A stretch of DNA of 63,470 bases, counting the filler, from Reticulomyxa filosa (taxonomy: Eukaryota; Protista; Foraminifera), in assembly GCA_000512085.1 (NCBI GenBank). It is 16 parts of 16 records of this genome, joined end to end, with 100 filler letters (N's around TTAATTAATTAA, not from the genome) between each part and the next. Parts side by side here need not be neighbours in the genome. Positions count along the whole stretch, not along the records: positions 1 to 13,048 come from ASPP01019202.1; positions 13,149 to 18,686 come from ASPP01042928.1; 14 more parts are not named here. One strand, written 5' to 3'. How positions within the stretch are numbered: position 1 is the first letter of the stretch; each line of letters begins with the position of its first letter. The notes under the pieces are model-generated. The model saw nothing but the letters and a program-made list of their open reading frames with translations. It was not told the origin of the DNA and ran no database searches. Shown in pieces: positions 1 through 14,649 of the stretch. A program made the translations under genes and the position numbers.

Positions 1-658
1 TGTTTGCTGACGTGGCAAACAGCAAATATTTTCGCTTGACAGGTTTTGTTGTGTGTGTTTTTTTTTTTTTTGCCTCTCTTGGTAATCTCTTCAAACTGCT
101 TTGATCAACTTGTGAATTGCAATGTTTGCACAGATTTGATACTGTTTTTGAATAAGGACGATTTATACCGCGAGAGAATACGGGACGGGAGGTCATTGTC
201 TTTGTGCTTCAGCAAAGAAGCAGATTGGATAGGGGAAGAGTGGAAAGGAACAGATTATGAGCCCAATCAGACAGTTGATCAAGACAACGAAGCAAAACAA
301 AGGGAAATAGACTATGTAGACTTGATTGCCGACGAAGGTATCAACTTTATTACACAACAGTATCGCAAGCAGTTGGCAAATTCAAGTAAAAACGTGAGCA
401 GTTTTGCAATTTTATTACATACATAAATCACATTAAAACTGATCTATTCATCCGTTGAAGACGAACGGAAGACAGAAAAGAGAAAAGGGAGAGGAGTGAA
501 AAATTGTGCTGTAAAGTACATTTTGATTTGGGAATATATACAACCTTCAAATAGTCCATATCACTTCTGCAATACAATCGGATGCTGTCAAGACTGTCTT
601 TTGGAGTGTTCAAAAATTTGTCATCAAATCCAATTTGAGATATAGTGCCTTAGTTTGA
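1..658 (+). CDS. Heterotrimeric G-protein alpha subunit, 3' part; join(<1..42,134..400,555..658)
   Basis: Spliced translation FADVANSKYFRLT-DLILFLNKDDLYRERI...LCF...KNVS-IHITSAIQSDAVKTVFWSVQKFVIKSNLRYSALV*. It has the G4 NKxD motif, a G5-like TSA and a typical alpha5 C-terminus. GT-AG introns keep the frame. Confidence 0.9.
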
Positions 659-899
659 CATAACAACAAAGTTAAATAATTTCCACTTTTGTTAGGGCGA
701 CCACCGCACGCGAATAAAAAAAAAGCAAACTCGTTAACAATCAAAAACTGTTTGGACGACTGTTTTGATTTGATCAGCAACTCCAATTTCAAAGAATCGC
801 TTTTTTGTTGGTTGTGACTTTGTTATTTAGATTTTATTTTTGTAGCAAAGACCGCTTTGGTTGTGTTGTTATCGCTTGTTTTTCTATCTGTTTTTTTTC

Positions 900-1560
900 T
901 TTAATTTTTGGTTGGGTTTTTCTGTTCTTTGTTCAGTTGGTTGATACTTGTCATGTCATAAAACGACTTTCAAAAATCTTGAAGCTGTTCTCTGCCCAGA
1001 TCGAATCGGTCCAACATTTCTTTTTTTATACTTGTCCTGAGAAGGCCTTCTTTATCACTAGTTCTCATTTTTTCATCAGGAAGAAATAAACATACGTACC
1101 ACATTTGCAAAAAATGGCTACATAATAAAAAAAACAGGTATATACATCACGCGATATCTCATTATTTGTTGTGTTGAACTTTTCACTAATTTTTTATAAC
1201 ATTGCAGACGCTGTTGGCTCATCAATAATCGTTTAGTAATACTTAAACATGTGTCTATTAAGGTAAGTGAAAACACAGTTCAATTGAGCTTAACCTTTTA
1301 TTTGTTTTTTTATGAACTAGTCTATTATGTCCACATTTACCTTATGGATGCCAACATTTCTTTTGCCTGTTGTTGGATTAGAATTTGTATGATGTAGGTG
1401 TTTGTGATGATACTTTCCAAGAATAACCACTTTTTTTTTCTCGGAGCAACTCGTTACATTCATTATAATCTCCACAATACACAACGCTTCAATCATTATC
1501 ATGTCGCCATGCTACAACTCTCTTGGAATTATCTGTTATGGTGATGATATCCTGAAAAAC
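900..1560 (-). pseudogene. Decayed coding remnant, family unknown
   Basis: Protein-like stretches (DIITITDNSKRVVAWRHDND*SVVYCGDYNECNELLREKKSGYSWKV; FLPDEKMRTSDKEGLLRTSIKKEMLDRFDLGREQLQDF*KSF) are broken by in-frame stops. Confidence 0.3.
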
Positions 1561-2412
1561 ACTTGCGTCTCACAAAAATGTATTGGCGATTATATTGACT
1601 TTTGTTGGAAAGTAATTACTTGTTTGTTGCGTAATTGAATTTTAGTGTATGTTATTCACATTCTCAGAGAAGTATTGCAAAGGAATAGAATATTATGAAG
1701 AGCAATTGCAGATATGACTAAATTTTAGATATCTTTTTTTGAATAATTATCTAGATATTATATTACAATGATAAACAAGCTGCCAAGAAAGTCGAATGAT
1801 AGCGAAAAGCATAAAAAGGAATTATATGATACTAGACTGTCAAGTACTATTGTTGCCAGTTTATACATATCTCAATAATGACAACATGAAGAACAAAGCG
1901 CTATGAAAAAGGATTGAAAATAAAGAAACATATTTAGATAAATAATCTAATAATTCAAATTTCGTTTTGATATTTGAATTTGAACTCAAAAAAGAAAAGA
2001 CAGTACTTTGCTATTGTGAAAAGGACAATTGTATCAGTATGCACATCATGAAAAATTCAGAATATGAAAAATGTAACAATATAACAAAAGAAACAAATGC
2101 AAGTACAGTCAATTAAAATTTGTAAATACTCTTATTTAGCATTATGGTAGATTGCTAAAATTGGCTCTAATGTTTCTTTCTGTTTTGGATTTTTTTCGAC
2201 TATATTTGTAGTAGATCGAAATGTGCTTTTCAGATTCTATTTAAAACAAGCAATTTTTGAAAGACTTACCAAATAGATTTTATTTTAATATCTCTCTGCA
2301 TATATCCTATACTCGACTATGCATCCCTTTAAGTGCATCAGTAATTTTATTACTCATAACACCAGCTCACAATTGTTATGAACAAAAAAATATATCGTGT
2401 TTTTTGTTCACT

Positions 2413-3392
2413 ATGATCGATAACAAAATAGCAAAGAATACAAAAAATGATCTTCGATTCAAAGTCGGGCCTTCTGAACTACTGACTCTGCGCAAACCAG
2501 GGCACACAGTCAAGAATAAACAAAAGTAGACATAAAACGTTTCATTTTCATGCTTTTGTTGTGTAAATGTTTTGTAGATCGAATCATCGCGTAAAATCAA
2601 TCCGTTGATAGAGGAATTTAAAAATAATAAGAGCGGAACGACACCGCGCTGGTACACTCAAGAAGAGATATCACAACACAACATTGGATGGGATTGTTGG
2701 ATTGTTATTTTTAACAAAGTTTATGACATAAGCTCATTGTTGAAAGAAAATCGCTCGTTGCTGAGTAGACCTTTGTTGAAATTTGCTGGTTGCGACATTT
2801 CAAGTTGGTTTGATGAGCATACCAAAGAAGTTATATGTTTGACAATCAAAAGACATTCTTAATCAAATTTCACTACGATGCATAAAAAAGGTCAAAACGT
2901 ATATTGAAGAAAAGTCTGAAAGACAAGTTTCTTATTTGCCTCATGGACGATTTTTACACGTTCCCCCTAATGACCCAGTTACAGACTGGAGCGTTGATTT
3001 TGATATCCAATGGTGGAAAGATTGGAAATATGTAATTGGATTGCAAACATCAAAGAGTAGACATATCCGCATAATTAATACATTGACTGGACAATCGCAC
3101 ACGCTGCAAGTGTGCAAAGAAGAGCCACTGGGCGATATCCAAACTTTTAGATACAATTGCATTAATAACAATTCTCATAAGTACATTTGGAAATTCCAAC
3201 AAACCTCTTTGGATATGACAAAAGTTTTCAATTTATTTATCTTTAATGCTTGCTGGCTATATAATTATTTTTTTACAGACTTTGGAAGAAAATGGGGTGA
3301 TTGACAACGAACAACTTTTTGAGCAACTGGATATAACAGAAGAATATTTTCCGGCAATTTGTTTAGAATTCAAAGATGAATTGGACGTTTGA
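2413..3392 (+). CDS. CYB5D1: Cytochrome b5 domain-containing protein 1; join(2413..2508,2578..2829,2891..3223,3279..3392)
   Basis: Cyt-b5 fold (YTQEEISQHN..DCWIVIFNKVYDIS..FAGCDISSWFD), then PHGRFLHVPP..DW..WW, IRIINTLTGQSHTLQV, YIWK and TLEENGV, which match CYB5D1. The first exon is less certain. Confidence 0.9.
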
Positions 3393-3948
3393 ACTTTTTC
3401 CATTAGAATATTTTGATATGTTTTGAAGATGTTCCATTTTTGTACTATTTTTTTTCGTACTTTCAATTATATTTTATGTGTTCATATCATCATGTTTCTA
3501 TTTAATTATTACAAGTACATCATCCCTTACACATCGGCGCAAAAGAAATATATCCATTAATATTATTGCAAATTCAGCCACTAGAGTGCTTAAACTAAAT
3601 TTTTATTTTCCTCAGACCAATCAACAAATTAACTCAAGCCCTACATCCACGAATGTCTCACATACACACGAGTAGTTTCTCTTTGTGTGTTGAAAAGCTA
3701 CAAAGTGACAAAAAATGAAAAAAAAAAGATTTCACATTGAAGGTAATCAAGTTATTTTTAGAAGAAAAAAAAAGAAAACCAAAAAATGGAGGACCCTTGA
3801 TGTCCAGTCAATAACAAACGTAAATTAAATATGATAAACGTATGTTCAGAAACAAATCGTGAGAATGACCCACAACACAAAATGAAAACAAATATTACAG
3901 CCAAGGTTTCATAAATTTGTTTTCTGTGAATCTTTTTTGAATGAGTGG

Positions 3949-4722
<774 letters not shown>

Positions 4723-5665
4723 TTAAATTTTTTGACAAGGTTTTTTTGCTTTAACAAACGCGAACGAAAAGGCACAATCAAGTATGCTAGACAATATTTA
4801 ATGCTATGATATTTGCATACTTTAGTTTCACCTAGCTTAATTTTTACACAACGCTGTAATTTTTTATTATATACTTATATTTATGATTTTCACTAAATTT
4901 TAATTTGCCGAAATAAAATTTTTTGATAATAGAAAATTAGGAAAAAAAGATATTAAACGGTTTTTTAGAAATTTTAGTGACTAATTTTATTATGCTTAAA
5001 TAAATAACGTAAATTTTTTTATTTAAACATTTCATTTTATTTGTTAATTTGTGGATTAGTTGATCAATAAATTTTTCATTATTTGCTATATGTACCTTGG
5101 GATTGATAACCAACATTTTAGATAACTATTATGTTTGCAACATATTCACTGGTTTATCCTTGGTAATGACATATATGTAATGAATTGATTGTGAAAAAAA
5201 GCAAACAAGATATGTTAGTCTGATACTATGAACGACCTTGTCGATAAAATTATTGGATAGTGGATTAATTCTCCAAAAATTTGAAAGCTTTATTTTGAGC
5301 ATATAACCTTACATTATATCAAATATATTTGAATTATGCTGTTCATTTTTAAAAAAATTAAATGTATTGGCAATGTAAAAAGGAAAAATATTTTTAGAGA
5401 AGTTACTCAATGAGATATTTTCAATTTGACTGTTGTTGACCACTTTACAACTGATATGTGAAATTTTTCTAAGTTGATAATCTAATACTAAATTTTTCCG
5501 TTAGACTATCATTTGCATAGTAACAGTAAGGTTGGAGCACATAACAAAAACAGCATCCACGGTGGCAGCTTTTTAAAATTTCTTAAGCCTCATTTGTCGG
5601 AACTATTTGACTCTTTTTGTGACCGGGTTTAAAAACTCAAAAAAGGATACATTTCATTTGATCAG

Positions 5666-6365
5666 ATGGCACAAAAACCAGCAGGAGGAGATATTCAATG
5701 GGTTCAAACAGAATCCAAGGATTTGGACGTGATGGGAAGCAGTGCAGAGAAGTTGCGCTGCGCAGGTTGTAAAGCCAATTTCATGAACTTGGGCAAGTTG
5801 AGATTTAGAAAACAATCTCAATACAATAAGTTTGGACAAATGATGTTCTGCGAATAGGGCAACGTATGTAGAGAACAAATACTATCACCCTCAATGCTTG
5901 AGGTGCTCAAACAAAAAATGTGACGCTCAAATCAAGGGGAAGTTTAGATGGACAAAAAATCATGAACCTGAATGTGAAAGATGTGTGTTAGGTGATGACG
6001 CCGTCGAACCAGAGAAAATTAGCGTGAGTGTCAAATTGGGAAAAGTTAGTAATACGAAATGTCTTGTAGAAAGGGAAGAAGGGAGGATATTTGAAACAAG
6101 TAAGACAAACGATTGCGGCAATAGACATATTTATTTTTTTTTGTTATTACTTGTTTGAGCACAGAAGTTTGGAAAATGCGGTTTTTGCGAAAAAGATGTT
6201 GTGGATAAGTACGCAAAACCAAACAATGGTCCATTGGCCGGAAAATATTATCATCGTGAGTGTTTTGCATGCAAAGAGTGCTCAAAAGCTATTGGTGATG
6301 AGCCCTATGCTTATAACGGTGAAATAGTTTTGTGTCAAGGCTGTGCACAAAAGTATATGAAATAA
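5666..6365 (+). CDS. Two-LIM-domain protein; join(5666..5796,5858..6044,6165..6365)
   Basis: The spliced product has two Cx2C...Hx2Cx2C..C...Cx2C patterns (CAGC..YYHPQCLRCSNKKC..CERC; CGFC..YYHRECFACKEC..CQGC). Confidence 0.85.
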
Positions 6366-6780
6366 AAAAAGTAATGTACAATTTTTCAAAGTGAAATTGT
6401 TCATTAAATTTTGGCGTATAAGCAAAGCGTTTTGTTATATAAAAACTGAACTAAATGTTCAAACTGATAATTCTTTGCTGAATTAATAATGTACACTAAA
6501 TTTTTCATTTTTCGGCTGACCCCTTGTAAAATATAAGACAATTGGGATAAGTGATCATTATTTATCATGCAATCAAAAGTTTTCTTATATTAACAAGAGA
6601 TGTAATACATTTGTGAAAAAGAAACAGATGCACGTAGAAAATAGAAAAAAGTTGTCAAGCGATAACAAAAAGCGAAGTGCCAGCCCATTTAGTTTTTACA
6701 ACTGACGAAAGGAAATACATTTTTTGAGTTATGTATTTGACTCAGAATTATTTTTAGATGTGTTGTCGGTCGTTTCGACT

Positions 6781-7528
6781 CTACGCCCTTGCAATCCCCT
6801 TGTAAAGTCCCATCTTTGTATCGTAGTTCCTATTTGCACACCTGATTTGGTTATGTTTTCTGTTAAATACATTTTTTGTTGTCGTTATGATACCTTCAGT
6901 AGTCATTTGATCTTCAAGTTGTGCCATCATTGTATTAGCTTGAATATTTCCTCTTGTTATGCTGACCTTTTCGTCGTTCTCATCGTATAGTCTCTCCCAA
7001 ATTTTCAAAGCTTTTTGAAAATAAGGGAGAGTCTTTTTATGTTGAAAGGTATGATAATATAGCATTGCAATATTATTACAAACAGATGCGACTTCTGTGT
7101 GATTGTCACCAAATAAATCATCTGTCAATTTTTCAATAGAAAGATACAATTCCAACGCCTCTTTATCTTTATGAAGCATTTTTTCAATTTCAGCATATTC
7201 CATCATTGCTTGCCAATAGTTTTTGCTTTGCTTTGTGTGTGTCTTTTCTGCTTGTTGTAACAACTGGTACGAAATCTTCTCTGCTTTTTCCCAATCCCTT
7301 TCTTCAAATGCATCAATCAACATGCTGCGGGTTACTTCTTCATCTTTTTTGTCACCTTTTTCTGTGGTTTCTTCATTTCCTTCATTATCTTTTGCTTTTT
7401 CCTAGTTTAGCGTAAACAAGATTTCACTCTAGCATAAAATGTGCAAGTAAAGTTCAACAAACGCTAGTAACTGGTAATGTCTTTTTTGATTGTTCTTGTT
7501 TTGCATCAGTTTCTGGAGAAGAATTCAT
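6781..7528 (-). CDS. TPR-repeat protein (kinesin-light-chain-type TPRs); join of 7528..7463 and 7401..6781
   Basis: EALELYLSIEKL..DLFGDNHTEVASVCNNIAMLYY...ALKIWERLYDENDEKV. A 61-nt GT-AG intron links an upstream ATG exon in frame. Confidence 0.75.
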
Positions 7529-9429
7529 CTTCAACTGTCAACTAAATTTGAAAAAATTACGAAAATGTATATGAAATCAAAAGTAATAAACAAACAAAAT
7601 AAAAAAGGAATCCCCGCTTTATTTTTTTATTCAGACTGAGAAACGCACATAACATATTAAAAATCAATTAAAAAGAATAAAGTAGCATTATATGTGCCCT
7701 GTTTTTTTTGCAAACTACTGAAGGCGAAATTGCACAATAAAGAAACGTGTTTTTCTCAAATTCTAAAAGAGATCGATCATAATTTTTTAAAAAAATTATA
7801 TCTACGTGATGTCAAGTTTCTGAAAAGTATAATAAAAAGATTTAAAATTTTCATAATAATATAAGTGAATAATTGTAACTTTCCTTCAAAATTTACAAAA
7901 ATCAAATTAAAAAAATAAATCTTTGTTAACATAGAATGATTTTATTTAAAAGCTAGTATCATATTTAAAAACTTCAATATTTGTAGATATTTTTAAAAAA
8001 TTAGGTCTGAATGTTGTTTCATCATTAAGAAAATCAATTATCTTCATAAAGTAGCATTATATATTAATATTTTTTGCAAAATAATGTATTAATGTTCAAC
8101 TGTGTTAATATAATTTTTTTTATGTTTATATTTCTCGCATTGCAATTTCATTCACAGTTGCTTTGTAGCTATATTATATATCATTAAATCACATGGTGTT
8201 CTTTGTTTACGAAATCAGTTCTTTGATTTCTGAACTATATTCATTAATTGACATAAGTTATAACTACAAAATGTCTTGTTGGCTTTCATATCGTCATTAT
8301 AGCAATATTTAATCTTCAGATTCAACACACACTTGGTCCAAGATTAGACTGCTTTGTCTAAATAATAGTATATACTTCAATTAGATCAATAAATCAATAT
8401 GACTGACAATATTCCTTTTTAATCTCAATATATTGTTCAAATTTGTTAATACTAAGATCCAAGTCTAAATCTTTTGTCGTTCAATTCGTCGTGAAGACAA
8501 CGTGCACACTTAATTCGACATCACATAGTACCAAATTACCAATCAATTAAAGAGTATAATATTGGAATAATGTAGAATGATTGATTTGTTTGTCTTTAAT
8601 GATTGTGCAATAAAATGGTAATATGTTAACAATATGTAATAAATTGTATATAATGAAATCAAAAATACAATATAAATCTTTTCGACTTAGCACTACATAT
8701 TTTCATGTATCACTCCAATGAAAAGTATAATGATTTAAATCAATTTTAATTATTTGATATATATGTTGCTTATGATTAAGCTATGTAATAAAATTAGTTG
8801 ATATTATTATGAAATACTAATATATTAATTATCATTTATCAAACATATTTCAATATTTTTTATGTTAATTTCATCTCTTGATGATTTCCAATTACCATTT
8901 GAATCAATGTCATGTTAAGTTATTGCAATTGATAGAATGCTTATTTAATATATGTTAATTCAAGTCTTAAGAATGATTTTTTCAATATTAGATTTTTTTA
9001 ATGCTGTCTTTTATTGTTGTTTATGTTTCTTTTATTTTTTCTTATGTTAGTCCTTCTTATTTTCTGTAACTGCAATTTTCAAATATCAAATCCAATTTGT
9101 CACTTTAATTCAATAAGAAGTGGTTGGTACAAAAGTTATTTTTAATGTTGTCCAAAATTTTTGTAATCTAGAAACAAAAAAAAAAGAAATAGCAAAACAA
9201 TTAACAACGATGACAAAAAAAAATCTTGATAAATTCAACACAAAATGAAGGCAAGTGTCACCAAAAAAAAATTGGAGAGAAAAAGAAAAAATAATTACAT
9301 CCCAAGCAAAAAAGTAACGCAAGTTCTCCTTCTTTGATTTTGTCTAGTTTTGTTCTAATGGCAAGCATGTACGCAAATGCAAAGTTTTTTATTTGGCCAA
9401 TGATAAATATTAACAAATAAGACCAAATA

Positions 9430-12400
9430 TCAATACTGCACAATTGACCTTCACAAAAATAAAAGGAAAATTCTATTTTGAAAAAAAAATTTAAACAGAC
9501 TCTACACCTTCTACCCAATGGTGTAATTGAACCACGTAGCTACCTACATTTCTCAAAAAAAGGAGGAGGGGGAATCAAGGAAAAAAAATCAAAGCGACAA
9601 CTTGACTTCTATTTTCTCTTTATTTGTATCGATTGATTTTGGCCTACTTCTACTATTTGGATACTTTTTGATAAGATCTTTGAGTCGCAAGCGCTCTAAC
9701 CACGCTCCATCGATTTTGCTTGCGCTTTTTCTATGCACAAATGATATAATATATGTGTATTTATTTCTTAAATAGCCCTGTTTGAGGATAATCAAATATA
9801 ATTTTTCAAAGCAAAACAAATAGCTCTTCTTTCAATTGTGTACAATAACCTTATCATTCCAAGCTTTATCAAATCCATTTGTTTGTGTTTTATTCTTCAA
9901 ATATTCTTCGACTATTTTATTGAAAGTTGCTTCATCTCTCAATTTGAAACTGTCCATGGCATCTTCATTGGACTCTTTCAATTGTTCATTCCAGTGGGTT
10001 TTGTTCTATTTGTTTTTCAATTAATGCAATATTAGTTCATTGCAATCTTGAACAATAAGTTAAATATCAGACTATTTTCTCTCTCCTCTCTTATAACTGT
10101 CTAAACTTCAATGAAAGCACCTATAATTTTAGGCCAAACATTCTTTTTGTCAATGTCCACGAGGATTTCAATGGCCTCTTCGCTCCAGATTGACAATGCA
10201 CGTTCTGCAACCGAATGATGCTTGGACTTCATGCATTTTACCAGTTGATCAATAACGGCCAACAATATTCCCCGGTGGGCTTGAACATTGAACCCATTCT
10301 TATGATTCACCATTGCGTTGATCACGTTTACGACCTCGGCAATGAACATTTCTTCTTTTGTTGGTGATTGGACGGGCCAATACTGAGTTGTAGTCAAATG
10401 AATAAGGAAATTGGAGACGGAAGACCACAAAAATAAGTTTTTGAAGAAAAGCACAGACAGACAGGAAGAACAAACAAAACTCGGAGAAGTCCTGACAAAA
10501 TAATCGGAGCGATGGTGGGATCTTTGAACACAAATTGAACACAACAGGCAACTAATTGTTCGTGGAATTTCTCCATTCGCTTACATTTATGTAATGGGAT
10601 TAGTACATTTCGTAAAAAATCTTTGTGCTCTTCTTTTACAGGTATGCTAAAGCCGTGAATCACGCTGCAAAAGATTTCCAAAAACTCGGCAATTCCATTT
10701 TCGGATCTCTCGCTGTCATAAACAGTTCGATAGCACGCATTCGCGATTGATGTTCGAATTGATATACGCATTGGCATAAATCGACCATATACACGATGCA
10801 TTATCGTTTTCAAATATTCCCGTTCTCGCAAGTCTTCTGATGCAAAGAGTTCTATCAGACTGTTCACAAACTTTCCTTCCAAATGTCTTCTCATTATCTG
10901 AGTTTTTTATATATATAAAAATAAGTCACTGTTCGGATTTCTTTAATTAAAAAAAAAAAAGTTAACAAATACCTTTTTGTCAATGTCTGTACAAACAATT
11001 AGTCGCAAAGCCAAATCATAGATCAGTTGCAAATGTGGCCATGCCGGATCTTCGAATGGTTCTTCCTCTCCTTCCACGGTCTTTTTCGAGCGAGGCAAAG
11101 AGCGGAACAAGTTTTTGCTTATTGTTATCATGCACTGCTGTAACACTGGTTCCGAGTACCAAGCAAATTTTGAAACGTACTCCAATATCTCGGCTAGCAT
11201 TGTCTTCTTTTTTTCAATTCCTTTCATTTGCCAGACATTCTATGCAAAAAAAAGTTCACATATGCGAACATCAAAATTCTTTTCCTTCTTTTTTTTTAAA
11301 AAATGTACCGTCGATTGAAAATCAAACATGACACAACAATATCTCAATTTGGCAATGAACGTATCATTCCTTTTATCAATCGAAGTAATTTCAGTTAGCA
11401 ATGGGAGTTTGGCACGAATCAAAGCTCTTTGGTCGATAGTCAGTGCATCAAACGAATCCTTGGTTTCCACGATATTTTCATCGCCACTGGTTGTGCCGCC
11501 ATAAGACGAGTCCGCATTCGCGCCCCCGACGCCATTCTGCTGGCCAAGTGGAGATTGTCTTGGAGACATTTTCGGTGACAAAGTGGGCGACGCCAGGCTG
11601 TATCCAGCGTCTAACTTTGGTGACATTGGTGACAAGGCACGTGGAGATAAAGTTAAGTCCAAATTAGGAGGCTCTTTATCCGTCAAATACAAAAAGTTGT
11701 CCAACGGGTTCTTTTCGCGTAGCTTTGACTTACCTAGCATTTCAACGCAAATCACAAATGAATGCAACAATATTGGATCTTGAAAACAACAACAACAAAT
11801 ATGTAAGCGAATATATACCATCGCTGTTGCTGGTATGACGATTGCTAATGCCCGAATTTGTGCTCGTTTTTGCAAACAGTGGAACCCCATGTTGTTCCAA
11901 TCCAAGCAGACTATTTCGTGGACTAAACAATTTCGAATGAGAACCTGATTCATTGGGTTTGAGGGTAGATTTTATGCTGCCATTGAGCTGGCCCGCTTCG
12001 GCATTATTGGCATTGTTGGTATTGTTGGCATTGTTGGCATTGTTGGCATTGTTAATATTGTTGCTATTGCTGCCATTGCTACCATTGCTGCTATTGGTAT
12101 TTATAGTTATCGCCGAAGCGCCATTACTACTGTTCTGAGTCTCTTTGCGACCAATTAGATCAGTACTGGTAACTGACTGTGTTATGGATATACTTGGCGT
12201 CGGGGTGATGCCCGTATCTTTACGCACCGGCACGACTTTGTTTTCATTGGGCGTGGGATTCGATGGCTCTATTTACAAAAATCCAACATATTATTAATGA
12301 CAGTGCTTAACATAGTTTTTTTTACAAGTTATATACGTGTTCTTTTTAAGAAAACTGTAAGTTAATCACTTCCTTGAAAACCTCTTCACAAAGAAAAAAG

Positions 12401-12664
12401 AAAAAAGGAAAAAAAATCAAAACCATTCAAATCAATCAGATTTGATTGGGGAGGCAGGCTAAATGCCTGCTTCCATTGCCTTTGGGTATTATCATAATTG
12501 GTATCACTTTGTATGGACGAAGAATCGATAAAGAGAAGCGCTAAAAATCGAAAAAATGCGTCTCGAATCGGTGAGTTGGAGCTGCACAGAGCTGATAACA
12601 ACTGCTCTGGCGAAGATTGCTTTACCAATGTGTGCAATTCTCCTCGTAACTTGTTGACATTCAT
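9430..12664 (-). CDS. PP2A regulatory subunit B' (B56), multi-exon, with Asn/Ser-rich N-terminal extension
   Basis: FIAKLRYCCVMFDF, EPFEDPAWPHLQLIYD, LFASEDLREREYLKTIMHRVYGRF, NGIAEFLEI, VLIPLHK, YWPVQSPTKE and HHSVAERAL are B56 hallmarks. The terminal exons are approximate. Confidence 0.92.
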
Positions 12665-13048
12665 TTTTTATTCCTTTGGTTGAAAAAGCTCTACAAAGGG
12701 GCAAAACTAAACAGGCTCCAGTACGGCAATAAAGATTATTATTTCAAAAAATTGAATTTTTAATTTTTTCTATGATTTCTCATGTTATGCAATTTAGGAA
12801 AAACCTTTATTACATTCAGGTTGGAGCAAATTCATATTGTCCACCGTGCAAAGAAAAAATACAATTACCTTCAAAGCTTTTCAAGTTTTGAGTCAATTAT
12901 AATTGACTAAGCAAGGCATTTTTATTATTTTTGGGGCAAAGCAAATTATTTTTATTAGTAATCATAATATAGACATAATTATCTTTATGATACAGTAGGT
13001 TGCAAAGGTAAAGAAACGAAAATTGTCAGAAAACGATGACATTACCGA

Positions 13049-13148
13049 NNNNNNNNNNNNNNNNNNNNNNNNNNNNNNNNNNNNNNNNNNNNTTAATTAA
13101 TTAANNNNNNNNNNNNNNNNNNNNNNNNNNNNNNNNNNNNNNNNNNNN
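13049..13148. other. Artificial contig-joining spacer (44N-TTAATTAATTAA-44N). Identical spacers at 18687, 20398, 22940, 24909, 30770, 33163, 40024, 41417, 42560, 43660, 46186, 48115, 54666 and 62127
   Basis: Each is exactly 100 bp with a palindromic six-frame stop core, and the flanking sequences are unrelated. Confidence 0.98.
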
Positions 13149-13828
13149 CGGACTCTGCTTTTCGATGGCACCAAGTTACTTTTATTGTCACCACATTTTT
13201 TTTTTGTCTTGTTTTGTGTGTCTAACTCTTACACACAAAACTAATCACAAATTATGGGTGATGGTGGTGGGGCAAACCTTGACAAAGGATAGTGAATACC
13301 TGAGTGAACCTTTTTTATACATTAGTGTGTGGATTCCAATGGACCATATTACAAAACCTTTTTATTTTAATCCTTGTTTTTACCACCTTTTAAAAAAAAA
13401 AGAAGAAGTGGTTCTGTCTCTCCATAAAGTAGTGAGATGGAAGAGAGGCTTATTTTATATGTTTTGGACGTAAATGCTGTAAGGAAGGGGTCTTTGTTCA
13501 TGTCGCCATTTGAAAATGGGAAAGCGTTTGATTGGAACGTACCAAACAATTTATCGAACATAATAATTTATACCCAAAATGTGGTAAAGCGTACAGCAAC
13601 ATTGAAGCTACTGCAGTGTTACAATATGTAGTGCAACAATTGATACCAAGGATTGGTGATATGGTGGTTTTTAATGTATTCACCTTGCGTCAGAGTCTGT
13701 GTAATTTCAGTAAACGAACACACAGAATAATCATACCGCAATATTCTACACATCCGTTGTGTGAATCGTCGACTTCAATCGATGAACAAAAAGAACTGTC
13801 GTTTGTTCGCTTTGCAGCAGAAATGTAA
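13149..13828 (+). pseudogene. Phytanoyl-CoA dioxygenase (PhyH)-family 2OG-Fe(II) dioxygenase, partial and probably disrupted
   Basis: Splicing out 13175-13287 gives FRWHQ-DSEYL..YISVWIPMDHIT (HxD motif). The C-terminus GDMVVFNVFTLRQSLCNFSKRTHRIIIPQY has Arg where the third His ligand is expected. The middle does not splice cleanly. Confidence 0.6.
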
Positions 13829-14649
13829 TCTTTTTCCAATCTTGTTTTTAGTTGTGAAAATAGATGTCAATTTTATCTTTTTTATTTACCGACTCAATGC
13901 TCAGTCTCTCAAAATGAAAAATTCGCTAATAACTTAAGAGCTTGTTAAAAGTTTATCAAAAAATTAAGTCCACTCCAGAATTATTGAACATTGTAATATG
14001 ATTATTGTATTTATTCCTTTTTCAAATGGTGAATATGTACAATTAAAAATATATATACTAATCAAGCACTAATTAAAAAAACTTTTAGTAAAAATTAAAA
14101 AAGTGTATCATGTGTTCAATTTTAATATTATTGTAATTATTTTCTTTTAGAATTTTAATTATTAGAAAAACATGTAATAAATCGTATTTTCTCAAGTTAG
14201 ACATTCATATTCTAAATCTATTATTAGAATTTTTTAAATTTAAATTATAAGGTGGAAAAAAAAGCATATGCATTACACTTTTTAAAAATACATTGACAAA
14301 AGTAAAAAAAATGTTTATAGTGAAATATGTCACAGCCAAAGAAATTGGAAGAAAATGTTACGTGATAGTAAAAAAAATTTTTGTTGAACGTTATCATAAG
14401 CAAATCACAAAATATGCTCTTTTGAGTCAGTTTGGTATTGCAAAAAATCTTTACAACATATAATTATAATTGTATAAACTGAGAACCTATCAAAAACAAA
14501 CAAACTTTTATTTTTCATTTGTTATTCATTTTGCAAATGTTTTTTTTATCGGGAAATTGCTATCGGTACGATTGCTTTTTCCAAAAAAAATCTTTTGACA
14601 AAACTAAAATTATTTGAAAAATAAATTGACCAGGATGGTATCAATTCAA

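Noticed and set aside
7659-8090. Degenerate ~55-bp direct repeat (AAAATCAATTA...TAAAGTAGCATTATAT) at ~7659 and ~8031
   Set aside because: Short, AT-rich and only two copies, with no element structure evident.
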